Positions 41,818 through 51,544 of a DNA stretch of 63,165 bases are shown here, one piece after another. The stretch comes from Cytophagales bacterium (GTDB lineage Bacteria; Bacteroidota; Bacteroidia; Cytophagales; Cyclobacteriaceae): contig JAYVPS010000163.1 of assembly GCA_043757225.1 (NCBI GenBank), forward strand, positions 1-63,165. Direction: 5' to 3'. Below the pieces are notes generated by a model that saw nothing but the letters and a program-made list of their open reading frames with translations, was not told where the DNA came from and did no database searches. Every line of letters starts with the position of its first letter. The stretch's first letter is position 1. The translations under genes and the position numbers were made by a program.

Positions 41818-42123
41818 CACAAATTTGAAATTTCTCAAATTACGGATCAATCCACGTTGCTTAAACATACCATTGAAATGAATGCCGTAGGTTCAGCAAT
41901 ATTAAAACGGATGTTGGTTTTTCGTTGGCTTCACGATGCCTACATTGTATTGAGATAGCAAAAGATAATTCAAAGTTTAAATGGATTAGTTATCAATTCC
42001 CTAATCTAGTTTCTTTTTTTCCCTTGGCCTCAACAATCCCTCTTAAAAATATTACCCAAAAATTCCAATTTGTACTTTTTTTATTTGGAGAAAAATGATT
42101 TTCGGTTTTATCAAAAGCATCCT
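41818..42123. pseudogene. 3' fragment of the same gene as 33939-34354, with its distal ~176 bp inverted
   Basis: + strand 41818-41947 reads HKFEISQ...RWLHDAYI; - strand from 42123 reads (E)DAFDKTENHFSPNKKSTNWNFWV...KETRLGN*. Confidence 0.8.
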
Positions 42124-42195
42124 ATTTTGTACAGAATATGATTTGTAGTGCTTCACACAGATCGGAATTATTTTCAATGCCGCTAACACAGATTA

Positions 42196-42966
42196 TTACC
42201 AACTTCCGCTACTACCACCCCCATCAAAACTCCCGCCTCTCCCCGAAAAACTGCTTTTATTTGATGAGCTATCGAAAGAGGAACTTGAGTTACGAATAGG
42301 CTTATTGGGCGATGGGCGCGAAGAACTTGTTGCAACGTCATTTCCTTCAGTTGCAAAGGAATAAATAAGTAATCCTATGCAACCGAGGCCGAAAACTATT
42401 CCAAAAATAATCCAGCCTGTATTGTCCTCGGCATCAGTTGCCTCGCTCTTATATTCACCAGCAATCGCTTTTTGGATAGCGTTGATTCCTGAAATTACTC
42501 CTTCATTGTAATCATTCCTGCGAAAATTGGGAGCTACTTCATTTCGAATGATTCGGCTGCTTTGCGCATCGGTAAGAACTCCTTGCAACCCTTGACCCAC
42601 CTCGATTCGCATTTGGTGATCTTCAACAGCAATTAAAAAAAGAACCCCATTGTCCTTTAATTTGGTGCCCAGTTTCCATTTTTCCGCAACGCGTAAAGTG
42701 TACGTTTCAATTGGTTCTCCCTCTAATGAAGGAATGATCAATAGTGCGATTTGATTGGAAGTTGAATCCTCAAAGATCTTTAGCTGTTGCTCTAAACTTT
42801 CAATCGTTTCTTGTTTCAAAACGTTGGCCTCGTCATGCACCCGCTGACCCCAGAGCTCGGGTATCGGTTTTTGCGCGAATAAGAATCCGCTGAGAAAAAT
42901 AAGAAAAAAGGTCAGAAGAAATTTTACCCTTAACTCTATTACCATTCTACCTAAATTCCTTATCAC
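42196..42966 (-). CDS. TPM domain protein (COG1512-type) with Gly/Ser-rich tail
   Basis: VHDEANVL, STSNQIA, WKLG...DNGVL, RIEVG.GL.G.LTD; ends GGGSSGSW. Confidence 0.9.
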   Translation of the reverse strand: MIRNLGRMVIELRVKFLLTFFLIFLSGFLFAQKPIPELWGQRVHDEANVLKQETIESLEQQLKIFEDSTSNQIALLIIPSLEGEPIETYTLRVAEKWKLGTKLKDNGVLFLIAVEDHQMRIEVGQGLQGVLTDAQSSRIIRNEVAPNFRRNDYNEGVISGINAIQKAIAGEYKSEATDAEDNTGWIIFGIVFGLGCIGLLIYSFATEGNDVATSSSRPSPNKPIRNSSSSFDSSSNKSSFSGRGGSFDGGGSSGSW

Positions 42967-42982
42967 AAATTCTCCGTTTTAA

Positions 42983-43885
42983 TCACCATCCTCCGCTACT
43001 CCCTCCACCACCAAAGCTTCCACCACCACCAGAAAAACTGCTTCCACTACCGGAAGACCAACCACCACCGCCAGAACTCCAACTACTACCCGACCCACTA
43101 CCACTTCCGCCAGACTGCCACTTCAATAAGGTTCTTCCACTCTTAACAATCCACCACCTGAGAAGCGGGTAGAGAATTACATAACCAAAGAAAATGTACC
43201 AACTGAATATCAAGCCCATAAAGAGGGCATAGAATGGAATTAAAAAAGCATAAAGCGCCCACGTCATTCCTCCTTTAGAGAAAAGCCCTATACTTGAAAA
43301 TATTCCAAGAAAAATAAAAAGGCAAGAGCCAATAACAATTTTTGTAATCAAGTCCATCGAATCGAAATCATTAGAATTATCACTTTCAGCTGCCGCATAC
43401 TCGCCACCGATTGCTTTGATAATTGAATTGACAGCAGCAATCACTCCTGCATCATAATCGTTTCGCCTAAAGGCAGGAGCCATTTCATTTCGAATGATAC
43501 GATTGCTTTGTGCATCGGTTAGCACCCCTTCTAAACCAAGTCCTACTTCAATGCGCATTTTGTGATCATCAATGGCTATTACCAATAGTACCCCATTATC
43601 CTTTTTTTCCGTCCCTAGTTTCCATTTTTCAGCCACACGTATAGAATACTCTTCTATTGCTTCTCCATCCAGCGTTTGGATAATTAAAACGGCTATCTGA
43701 TTGGATGTTGAATCTTGATAAATTTTAAGTTGCTTCTCTAATTGGTCAATGGTCTGTTGGCTTAAGACCTTGGCATCGTCATGTATCCGCTGGCCCCAAA
43801 GTTCGGGGAGTGCTTTTTGCGCGAATAAAAAAGAATGCGTGAGGATTAAGAATAAAGCTGCAAGAAATCTTATTGGTGTACACAT
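42983..43885 (-). CDS. TPM domain protein (COG1512-type) with Gly/Ser-rich tail
   Basis: Same TPM motifs; several TM segments; ends GGGGSSGGW. Confidence 0.9.
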   Translation of the reverse strand: MCTPIRFLAALFLILTHSFLFAQKALPELWGQRIHDDAKVLSQQTIDQLEKQLKIYQDSTSNQIAVLIIQTLDGEAIEEYSIRVAEKWKLGTEKKDNGVLLVIAIDDHKMRIEVGLGLEGVLTDAQSNRIIRNEMAPAFRRNDYDAGVIAAVNSIIKAIGGEYAAAESDNSNDFDSMDLITKIVIGSCLFIFLGIFSSIGLFSKGGMTWALYAFLIPFYALFMGLIFSWYIFFGYVILYPLLRWWIVKSGRTLLKWQSGGSGSGSGSSWSSGGGGWSSGSGSSFSGGGGSFGGGGSSGGW

Positions 43886-43919
43886 GATAAATTCTATATC
43901 CTAAATTCTGTTGTAAATA

Positions 43920-44702
43920 TCACCACGAATCGCTTGATCCTCCACCGCCTGAAAATCCACCACCACCCGAATCAGAGCCGGAACCCCACGAGCTGGAACT
44001 TCCACCAAATCCACCACTACCCAATAATGCACCAGCGGCCCAATACCCACCCATGCCACCGCCACCGCCTTTCTTGCGAGAGAGAGCCGCTATAATTATA
44101 ATGATCAATATTACCGTTGACCAAGGTGAACGACCTCCGCGTTTTCGGTTGAGTTGCGGTGGATCTGTATTTACATACTGTCCTTTAATAGCCTGAATAA
44201 TGGCTATCGACCCCGTTAAAATCCCTTGATCATAATTTCCTGTGCGAAAGTTAGGGGCTACTTGATTTCTGTTAATACGACTTGAAAGTGCATCGGTCAA
44301 TACTCCCTCTAATCCGTAGCCTACTTCGATGCGCATTTTGCGATCTTGTATAGATACTAAAAATAAAACACCATTATCTTTTTTCTCTTGCCCTAATTTC
44401 CATTCTTGAAATACGCGTACTGCATATCCGTCTATATCTTCTCCTTCCAGCGAAGGCACAATTAGAACGGCAATCTGATTGGAGGTAGAGTCTCTTTCGG
44501 CCTTAAGGATACTCTCTATTTGCGCAATGACAGCTGGAGACAACACATTTGCCTGATCATGCACCCACACACCACCATGGCTTGGCACTTTCAATTGGGC
44601 ATAACTCGTAACACAAACCAGAAAGAAAAAAAATATGCTTGTTGTCTTCTTGATAAAAGGAATCATCGTATTCAGGGGAAGCGCTATAGAAAATTGACTC
44701 AT
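43920..44702 (-). CDS. TPM domain protein (COG1512-type) with Gly-rich tail
   Basis: Same TPM motifs (RIEVGYGLEGVLTD); ends GGGSSDSW. Confidence 0.9.
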   Translation of the reverse strand: MSQFSIALPLNTMIPFIKKTTSIFFFFLVCVTSYAQLKVPSHGGVWVHDQANVLSPAVIAQIESILKAERDSTSNQIAVLIVPSLEGEDIDGYAVRVFQEWKLGQEKKDNGVLFLVSIQDRKMRIEVGYGLEGVLTDALSSRINRNQVAPNFRTGNYDQGILTGSIAIIQAIKGQYVNTDPPQLNRKRGGRSPWSTVILIIIIIAALSRKKGGGGGMGGYWAAGALLGSGGFGGSSSSWGSGSDSGGGGFSGGGGSSDSW

Positions 44703-44716
44703 TGAAAAATTAATTA

Positions 44717-45367
44717 TTATTCCATTCTCAAATCATCACGTAGCTCATTCACATCGTCTACGGTTTTCAAAAATCCTTTCTCCAAAAGTATTTCGCCACT
44801 GCGTAGAATAGCCGCCTCAATGCCTTCGGTGACTTTCCCTTTCTTGATGTTTTCGGTAATGCTGCGCACCATTTTATCCCATTCCTTCTGGTCAACTACT
44901 TTGCTAATACCACGATCGGCCATCACAATAACTTCGCGCTCAAAAAATGAAACAAAAATCATAATGCCAGTGCGATGGCGGGTGTTAAAAACCTCTTGCT
45001 CTAAAAATGCGTTTTCAGCTCGCCTTTTGGTAGCCTGATCTAAATGACTCTGGCTCATTAGCAAAAGCTTGAGAGGGTCAATATAGTGAGTCGCCAATGC
45101 ACCGATTAATCCAAACAGGATAACCAGTAGAAAAATTAAAAGAGGGTCATAAATAGCAAGCGATGGGATGTAGCGGTCGAAGATTACAATGGCTAAAAAA
45201 GCCAGGCCTGCTATAGCCAAAAAGGCGCGATATGTGGCGATGGAATAATAACCGCTTTTTTCAACAAACACAGGCACAATCTCACCAGAGATTTTTTCTT
45301 CTGCCTGATGCACGGCTGATTTAATGCGCTCAAGGTCTTTTGGTGTAAATCGTTTTTGAATAGACAT
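44717..45367 (-). CDS. TPM domain protein (COG3762-type, membrane-inserted)
   Basis: AEEKISGEI, TRHRTGIMIFVS..ER, ADRGI, NELRD; start taken at MSIQKR. Confidence 0.85.
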   Translation of the reverse strand: MSIQKRFTPKDLERIKSAVHQAEEKISGEIVPVFVEKSGYYSIATYRAFLAIAGLAFLAIVIFDRYIPSLAIYDPLLIFLLVILFGLIGALATHYIDPLKLLLMSQSHLDQATKRRAENAFLEQEVFNTRHRTGIMIFVSFFEREVIVMADRGISKVVDQKEWDKMVRSITENIKKGKVTEGIEAAILRSGEILLEKGFLKTVDDVNELRDDLRME

Positions 45368-45394
45368 AATCCTTAGCTTAAAAATTCGTAAGCT

Positions 45395-45402
45395 CAAAGA
45401 TA
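45395..45402 (-). promoter_or_regulatory. Putative -7 promoter element for the TPM gene cluster
   Basis: TATCTTTG on the minus strand about 28 bp upstream of ATG 45367. Confidence 0.4.
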
Positions 45403-45574
45403 CACGAAAAGTAAAATGGGAGGGGTTTTATTTCAGAACAAGGAAGATAACTTTATGTTTTAGTTTCCTTTGCCAATTGCCGTTCCAATCCTACAAACCA
45501 ACGCCAACCACTCCTCCCTAATCCCCTTTGCCTGCTCACTCTCTTTGATTATCTTTTGCCATTAATCTAACCTC

Positions 45575-48500
45575 ATGAAGCAGACCACACTTCTTCTTTT
45601 AGTATTGCTCACCGGCAATGTTTTTTCGCAAAATAAAAAAACGACAACTACTCCGATTGTTCCTGTCCCCACATTTGCCTCACACTTTGAAGCAATGAAA
45701 TATCGTAACATCGGGCCTGCTCGCGGTGGGCGTTCCACTGCTGTGTCCGGAATCCCATCGCAACCCAACACGTTTTTTATGGGCACAACAGGCGGAGGCG
45801 TGTGGCGCACGGATGACATGGGTAATACCTGGAACAACATAAGTGATGGCTTTATTTCTGTCGGCTCCATCGGCTCTATTCGTGTATCATTGTCCGATCC
45901 TAATGTGATGTATGTGGGTACAGGCTCGGCAGATCCTCGCGGAAATGTTTCTATTGGCAAAGGCATTTATAAATCAAGCGATGCTGGAAAGAGTTGGACA
46001 CTTATGGGGTTAGAAAAAGGCGGACAAATCGGGCGCATTGAAATCCATCCTCAAAATCCGGAGGTGGTGTTTGCCGCGGTGTTAGGAAATCCATTTGCCC
46101 CCAACGAAGAGCGCGGTGTTTACCGATCGAAAGACGGAGGAAAAAACTGGGAACACGTTTTATTCATCAACGATAAAACGGGGGCTATGGATTTGGTCAT
46201 GGATCCCAACAACTCCCGCATTCTCTATGCAGGAATGTGGCAGGTGCAACGCAAACCGTGGACGCTGATTGACGGTGGTCCCGATGGCGGTGTGTACCAA
46301 TCAAAGGACGGTGGAGACACCTGGAAAAAGTTAGAAGGCAATTTGCCCACAGGTGTTTTAGGGAAAATTGGAATAGCGGTTTCGCCTGTCAACTCGCAGC
46401 GCGTTTGGGTTTTGGTAGAGACTCCTGATGATGCCAAAGGTGGATTTTATCGCTCCGATAATGGAGGAAAAGATTTCACTCGTATTAGCGGGAACCGAGA
46501 GCTGCGCACCCGCCATTGGTATTACACCCATGTATTTGCAGATCCAAAAGATGAAGAGACCGTGTATATCAACAATGTGAGTTTTTGGAAGTCAACTGAT
46601 GGAGGGAAAAATTTTTCGAACATTACCGTGCCACATGGCGACAATCATGATTTGTGGATCAACCCCAACAACACTAAAATTATGATCCATAGTAACGATG
46701 GAGGCGCATGCATCACCACTAATGGAGGCGTGACTTGGTCTACAGAATTTAACCAGCCCACTTCAGAATTTTATCGTGTGGAGGTTGATAACTCATTTCC
46801 ATATCGGGTCTATGGTTGTCAACAAGATAATTCCAGCATAGCCGTATCCAGTGCGCCACGCGGAGGAAGTTCTTATCTGTCAGATTGGATTACCTGGGGT
46901 GGAGAGAGCGGCCATGTGGCCGTTGATCCTAAAGATCCAAACATTATTTTTTCCGGCAATTACTCAGGAGAGTTGTATCGCTACAATCATACAAGTGGCC
47001 ACAGTCGTATTGTTACACACTATCCACAACTGCATGATGGTCTCGCCTTATATGATGTAAAATATCGCTATCAATGGAATGCACCTCTTACGTTTTCACC
47101 CAACGATCCATCGGTGCTCTACCATTGCTCTCAAGTTGTACACAAGACCACCGATGCCGGCCAGACATGGACAGTCATTAGCCCCGACTTGACACTTAAT
47201 AGAAAAGAATATCAAGAAATTCCTGGGGGTCCTGTGCAGCATGATTATACTGGCGTGGAAAATTTTAGTACCATATTTTCCTTTGAAGAATCCCTCCTTG
47301 AGCAGAATGTATTGTGGGCCGGCTCAGACGATGGCCTTGTTCATGTAAGTATGGATGGTGGGAAAAATTGGAAGAATGTAACGCCTGCAGGAATTCCTGG
47401 ACTTGCTACCGTTAACACAATCGACATCTCTCAACACAAAAAAGGAAAGGTGTATGTAACCGTACAGAATTATAGACTCAATGATTTCAAACCATATGTT
47501 TTTAAAACAGACGATTATGGAAAAACATGGACATCAATCACTACAGGAATTCCCGTTGATCATTTCACCCGTGTAGTCCGTGAGAATCCGAATCGCGAAG
47601 GAATGCTTTTCTGCGGAACGGAGTTTGGAATGTATCTTTCCATGGATGATGGGAAAAGCTGGAATGAATTTCAATTGAATTTACCCCGAACTCCCATTAC
47701 CGATTTGCTTTTCAAAAACAATGATCTGGTTGTTGCAACCCAAGGCCGTTCGTTTTGGATTTTAGATGACCTAACTCCCCTGCAACAATGGAAACCCGAA
47801 AGCGCAGAAAGCAAATTGGCGCTCTTTGCACCACGCACCGGATACCGTACACAGCTTTATGGGTTTTATGGAGCAGGAGCACCAGAAGCCGCACCTCGAG
47901 GCATAACGGCCTTTTATTATTTGAAGGAAAAACCAGATTCAGCTAAAGCTGTGCGAATAGAATTCTTAACTAAATCGGGGGCTGTACTAAAGGTGTATTC
48001 CACAAAACATGAAGAAAGCAAACACGAACGAAAGCTCGAAGCCAAAGCCGGGATGAACAAAATTAATTGGGATTTTAGTCAACCAAACCCAATGATTGCT
48101 GAAGGTGCAGTAATGTCCTACGGTAATCCTGAAAGTCCCAATGTACCCCCGGGTACCTATTCAGTAAAACTGACTTATGATAATCAAACGCAAACACAAG
48201 ATTTTAAAATTGAGAAGGATCCTCGATGGTCCGCCTCTAATGAAGACTTACAGGCACAATATGATTTAGCAATGAAGGTGGTCACTGAGTTTAACAACAT
48301 TCATGGCACAGTAAGAAAGATACGGGCTGCGAAAAATCAAATCAACGCATTAACGGATCGCGCAAAAAAAGCAGGTAAAGAAGATGCTATAAAAAAACAA
48401 AGCGAAGAACTGCTGAAAAAAATGATTGCTGTGGAAGAAAAATTGATTCAAGTGAAAAATAAAGCTGGGCAAGATCCTATCAACTACCCTCCTTGTTTTG

Positions 48501-48709
48501 ACGAGCAATTAAATTATCTTCTGAGTACAATCAACGGACAAGACGCCAAGCCTACACAAGGCTGTTATGATTTGTACAACGATTTGAAAAAGTTAGCAGA
48601 CCAATACAAGAATCAGATCGAAGCCATCTTTGCAACTGATTTAAAATCATTTAATGAGCTGGTATTGAAGGAAGGATTGGGGGGCGTGATGATTGAAGGA
48701 ATTGAATAG
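45575..48709 (+). CDS. VPS10/BNR (Asp-box) repeat glycosyl-hydrolase-like protein, exported
   Basis: RNIGPARGGR; many SxDxGxxW Asp-box repeats; ATQGRSFWILDD; helical C-terminus. Confidence 0.88.
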   Translation: MKQTTLLLLVLLTGNVFSQNKKTTTTPIVPVPTFASHFEAMKYRNIGPARGGRSTAVSGIPSQPNTFFMGTTGGGVWRTDDMGNTWNNISDGFISVGSIGSIRVSLSDPNVMYVGTGSADPRGNVSIGKGIYKSSDAGKSWTLMGLEKGGQIGRIEIHPQNPEVVFAAVLGNPFAPNEERGVYRSKDGGKNWEHVLFINDKTGAMDLVMDPNNSRILYAGMWQVQRKPWTLIDGGPDGGVYQSKDGGDTWKKLEGNLPTGVLGKIGIAVSPVNSQRVWVLVETPDDAKGGFYRSDNGGKDFTRISGNRELRTRHWYYTHVFADPKDEETVYINNVSFWKSTDGGKNFSNITVPHGDNHDLWINPNNTKIMIHSNDGGACITTNGGVTWSTEFNQPTSEFYRVEVDNSFPYRVYGCQQDNSSIAVSSAPRGGSSYLSDWITWGGESGHVAVDPKDPNIIFSGNYSGELYRYNHTSGHSRIVTHYPQLHDGLALYDVKYRYQWNAPLTFSPNDPSVLYHCSQVVHKTTDAGQTWTVISPDLTLNRKEYQEIPGGPVQHDYTGVENFSTIFSFEESLLEQNVLWAGSDDGLVHVSMDGGKNWKNVTPAGIPGLATVNTIDISQHKKGKVYVTVQNYRLNDFKPYVFKTDDYGKTWTSITTGIPVDHFTRVVRENPNREGMLFCGTEFGMYLSMDDGKSWNEFQLNLPRTPITDLLFKNNDLVVATQGRSFWILDDLTPLQQWKPESAESKLALFAPRTGYRTQLYGFYGAGAPEAAPRGITAFYYLKEKPDSAKAVRIEFLTKSGAVLKVYSTKHEESKHERKLEAKAGMNKINWDFSQPNPMIAEGAVMSYGNPESPNVPPGTYSVKLTYDNQTQTQDFKIEKDPRWSASNEDLQAQYDLAMKVVTEFNNIHGTVRKIRAAKNQINALTDRAKKAGKEDAIKKQSEELLKKMIAVEEKLIQVKNKAGQDPINYPPCFDEQLNYLLSTINGQDAKPTQGCYDLYNDLKKLADQYKNQIEAIFATDLKSFNELVLKEGLGGVMIEGIE

Positions 48710-48804
48710 AGGGTAAAAGTTTTATTCAAAATAGTTTTGGGGGAAGGTTGATTTTTTATAGCTCACCAAAAAATTAATCAATAGCTTTAATAGTTTTACA
48801 ACTC

Positions 48805-50283
48805 ATGATTGCCACACTCTTATCACACGGCTGGAAAAAACTATCTCGCTCGGGTTCTTTCGATAAAGAAATTATCACCTCCATATTTTTAGGACTATTC
48901 GCCATCATGTTGGCGTGTTATGCACTGATCTTAGGTTTTGCTCTAGAATCTATCATAAGCAAAACCTTAGGGGAGGCAGATTCCATTTATTTTCTTAATG
49001 GATTGCTGCTATACTATTTCGTTTTTGAGTTTATGCTAAGATACTTCATGCAAAACCTACCCGTTTTGGAGGTGGAACCTTATCTTCATTTACCTATTAA
49101 GCGAAGCTATTTGGTGCATTTTCTTTTAGGAAGATCGGTTGGTCATTTCTTAAACAGTTTTGTATTTCTGCTGTTCACTCCTTTTGCGTTCACAACCGTG
49201 GCAACAAAACATGGCTTTACCATTGCCCTTAATTGGTTGTTAGTCATTTGGCTCATCAGCTTATCAACCCATTTTCTAGTGATGTTGTTTAAGAAAAAAC
49301 TTGATGATACTATATGGGGGTTACTTGTGTTAGGTGGCCTGTTTTCTTTCTCTGGCGCGGCTGATTATTTTGGGTGGTTTAAACTCTCAACTGTTTCCTC
49401 ACAGTTATTTGAACAGGCCACACATGGCTTCTATTTCTTGGGGATCAGTTTTTCTATTGTTATCATTTTTTATTGGTTCAACTTTCGCTTTTTTATTTCG
49501 TGCCTTTACCCAGAGGAGATCAGCGGACAAAAGGAATCATCCAACCGGAATAGCTATGGACTTTCCTTTTTACAAAACTTTGGTTTTGTTGGGGAGCTTA
49601 TCAACCTAGAAGTAAAACTGATTCTCAGAAACAAAAGACCACGTACCATTTTGTTTCTAAGCATCGTGTTTCTTCTGTATGGATTATTTTTTTATACTAA
49701 GTCCACAGTAAGCCATGGCTATGGATTTCTTTTGTTCATAGGCGTTTTCATCACAGGTGCCTTCTCCATTAACTACGGTCAGTTTCTGTTTAGCTGGCAA
49801 GGTGGGCATTTTGATTTTACTAATACTCAACCCTTTTCATTACGCCAATACCTTGAGGCCAAGTACTGGCTGCTCAGTGGGGTCATGTTTATCTGTTTTT
49901 TACTGAGCATCCCCTATGTTTATTTTGGGTGGCATATTGTAATTGTCAACGCCATCATGATGGTATTCAATGTTGGTGTGAACACCCATATCATTATGAA
50001 CATGGGCATGTGGGATCCTAAAAAAATTGATTTGGCTAAAAGAGCTGCATTTAACTGGGAGGGTGTTGGAGCTGCACAATGGCTTATGTCGGTTCCTCTA
50101 TTGTTGAGTCCCTACGCAATCTATCTTCCATTCAGTTTATCAGGCTATCCCAACATTGGATTAGCAGCACTGGCAATAGTCGGCATTGCTGGCATTGTGC
50201 TACACCCGTACTTGCTTAGTCTAACAGCCAAACGATTGCTCAACAAGAAGTATCGTATTGCTGCAGGGTTTAGAAGAGAATAA
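48805..50283 (+). CDS. ABC-2-type membrane protein (DUF5687-like)
   Basis: Polytopic; PYLHLPIKRS, KLILRNKRPR, YGQF..SW; upstream of an ABC ATPase. Confidence 0.8.
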   Translation: MIATLLSHGWKKLSRSGSFDKEIITSIFLGLFAIMLACYALILGFALESIISKTLGEADSIYFLNGLLLYYFVFEFMLRYFMQNLPVLEVEPYLHLPIKRSYLVHFLLGRSVGHFLNSFVFLLFTPFAFTTVATKHGFTIALNWLLVIWLISLSTHFLVMLFKKKLDDTIWGLLVLGGLFSFSGAADYFGWFKLSTVSSQLFEQATHGFYFLGISFSIVIIFYWFNFRFFISCLYPEEISGQKESSNRNSYGLSFLQNFGFVGELINLEVKLILRNKRPRTILFLSIVFLLYGLFFYTKSTVSHGYGFLLFIGVFITGAFSINYGQFLFSWQGGHFDFTNTQPFSLRQYLEAKYWLLSGVMFICFLLSIPYVYFGWHIVIVNAIMMVFNVGVNTHIIMNMGMWDPKKIDLAKRAAFNWEGVGAAQWLMSVPLLLSPYAIYLPFSLSGYPNIGLAALAIVGIAGIVLHPYLLSLTAKRLLNKKYRIAAGFRRE

Positions 50284-50292
50284 AACAGAAAT

Positions 50293-50988
50293 ATGATTTC
50301 AATCAATAAATTAAAAAAAGTGTACAAGGATTACACAGCTGTTGATGTTGGTGAACTCATCATTCCGTCCACCGAAAGTTTTGGATTAGTAGGCAACAAC
50401 GGAGCTGGCAAGACGACTTTATTCCGAATGATCCTAGATCTGATTCGCCCAACAGAAGGCGAAATTGAAATAAACGGAAAAACCGTACAGGGCAATGATG
50501 AATGGAAATCTTATGTGGGCTCTTACCTGGATGAGAATTTTTTAATTCCCTATTTAAGCCCCGAAGAATATTTTCGGTTTGTGGGAAAATTATACAACTA
50601 CTCAACTGCTGACTTACAATTCTTCTATCAAAAATTTGAAACTTTCTTTAATGGCGAGATCATCGGAAAGAATAAATACATTCGCGATCTCTCAAAAGGA
50701 AATCTGAAAAAAGTGGGAATAGCCGCAGCTTTTATTGGCAACCCTCAAATACTTGTGCTAGATGAACCCTTTGAAAACTTAGACCCCACCTCGCAAATCC
50801 GTCTAAAGAATTTATTGCTGACCGAGCGAACGCAACGCAACCTGTGCTACCTTATCTCAAGCCATGACCTGAATCATGTAACCGAAGTTTGCGGACGCAT
50901 AGTAATTTTAGAAAAAGGGAAGGTCATCAAAGATATCAATGGAAGCGAAAATGCCTTGGCTGAGTTAGAGGCCTATTTTAAAGGGTAA
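50293..50988 (+). CDS. ABC transporter ATP-binding protein
   Basis: GNNGAGKT, LSKGN, LDEP, SSHD. Confidence 0.95.
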   Translation: MISINKLKKVYKDYTAVDVGELIIPSTESFGLVGNNGAGKTTLFRMILDLIRPTEGEIEINGKTVQGNDEWKSYVGSYLDENFLIPYLSPEEYFRFVGKLYNYSTADLQFFYQKFETFFNGEIIGKNKYIRDLSKGNLKKVGIAAAFIGNPQILVLDEPFENLDPTSQIRLKNLLLTERTQRNLCYLISSHDLNHVTEVCGRIVILEKGKVIKDINGSENALAELEAYFKG

Positions 50989-51182
50989 CCACGAAGCTAC
51001 AATTAACTTACCATTCAATACGCAACTGTACACTTTTTGACAGCAGGGCGATCAATTAAAGTATTTTACATACAAAATAAGAATATATAACCATTATACA
51101 TACATTTACGTAATTAATCAACAATACAGACATCTGAGGTTTGCACGCTAAAGCAAGCAAACCTTTGGTCTCAACTAATATT

Positions 51183-51515
51183 ATGAAAGGAACAAATCTT
51201 GGCGAATTTGAAGAACTTGTCTTGCTCACTATCGCCTCTATGGTAAGCGAAGCTTACAGCGTAACTATTTGCGATGACCTTGAAAAGAAAACAAAACGCT
51301 CTGTAAAACTCGGGGTGGTGCATTCTGTTTTGAATCGATTGGAAGAAAAGGGCTTGGCTAAAAGTAAACTAGGCGAAGCAACCAGCGCGAGGGGAGGGAA
51401 GCGCAAAAGATATTACACTGTTACCAATGCAGGTAAGTCTGCGCTGTTAAAATCTAAAGAGCTTCGAGATCAGTATTGGACAATTATTCCAGAGTTTGCT
51501 TTGAAAAGAATTTAA
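51183..51515 (+). CDS. PadR family transcriptional regulator
   Basis: LGEFEELVLL, LNRLEEKG, RGGKRKRYY; start taken at MKGTNL. Confidence 0.92.
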   Translation: MKGTNLGEFEELVLLTIASMVSEAYSVTICDDLEKKTKRSVKLGVVHSVLNRLEEKGLAKSKLGEATSARGGKRKRYYTVTNAGKSALLKSKELRDQYWTIIPEFALKRI

Positions 51516-51544
51516 GCTTTTTGATTTGAGATTTTTGATTTAGA

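Noticed and set aside
41651-41881. 76-aa plus-strand ORF in the ORF track
   Set aside because: TTG start, crosses the repeat boundary out of frame with the gene fragment, and has no recognisable motif.
42983-43120. CCACCA/CTACCA low-complexity repeats
   Set aside because: They simply encode the Gly/Ser-rich tail of a TPM protein.
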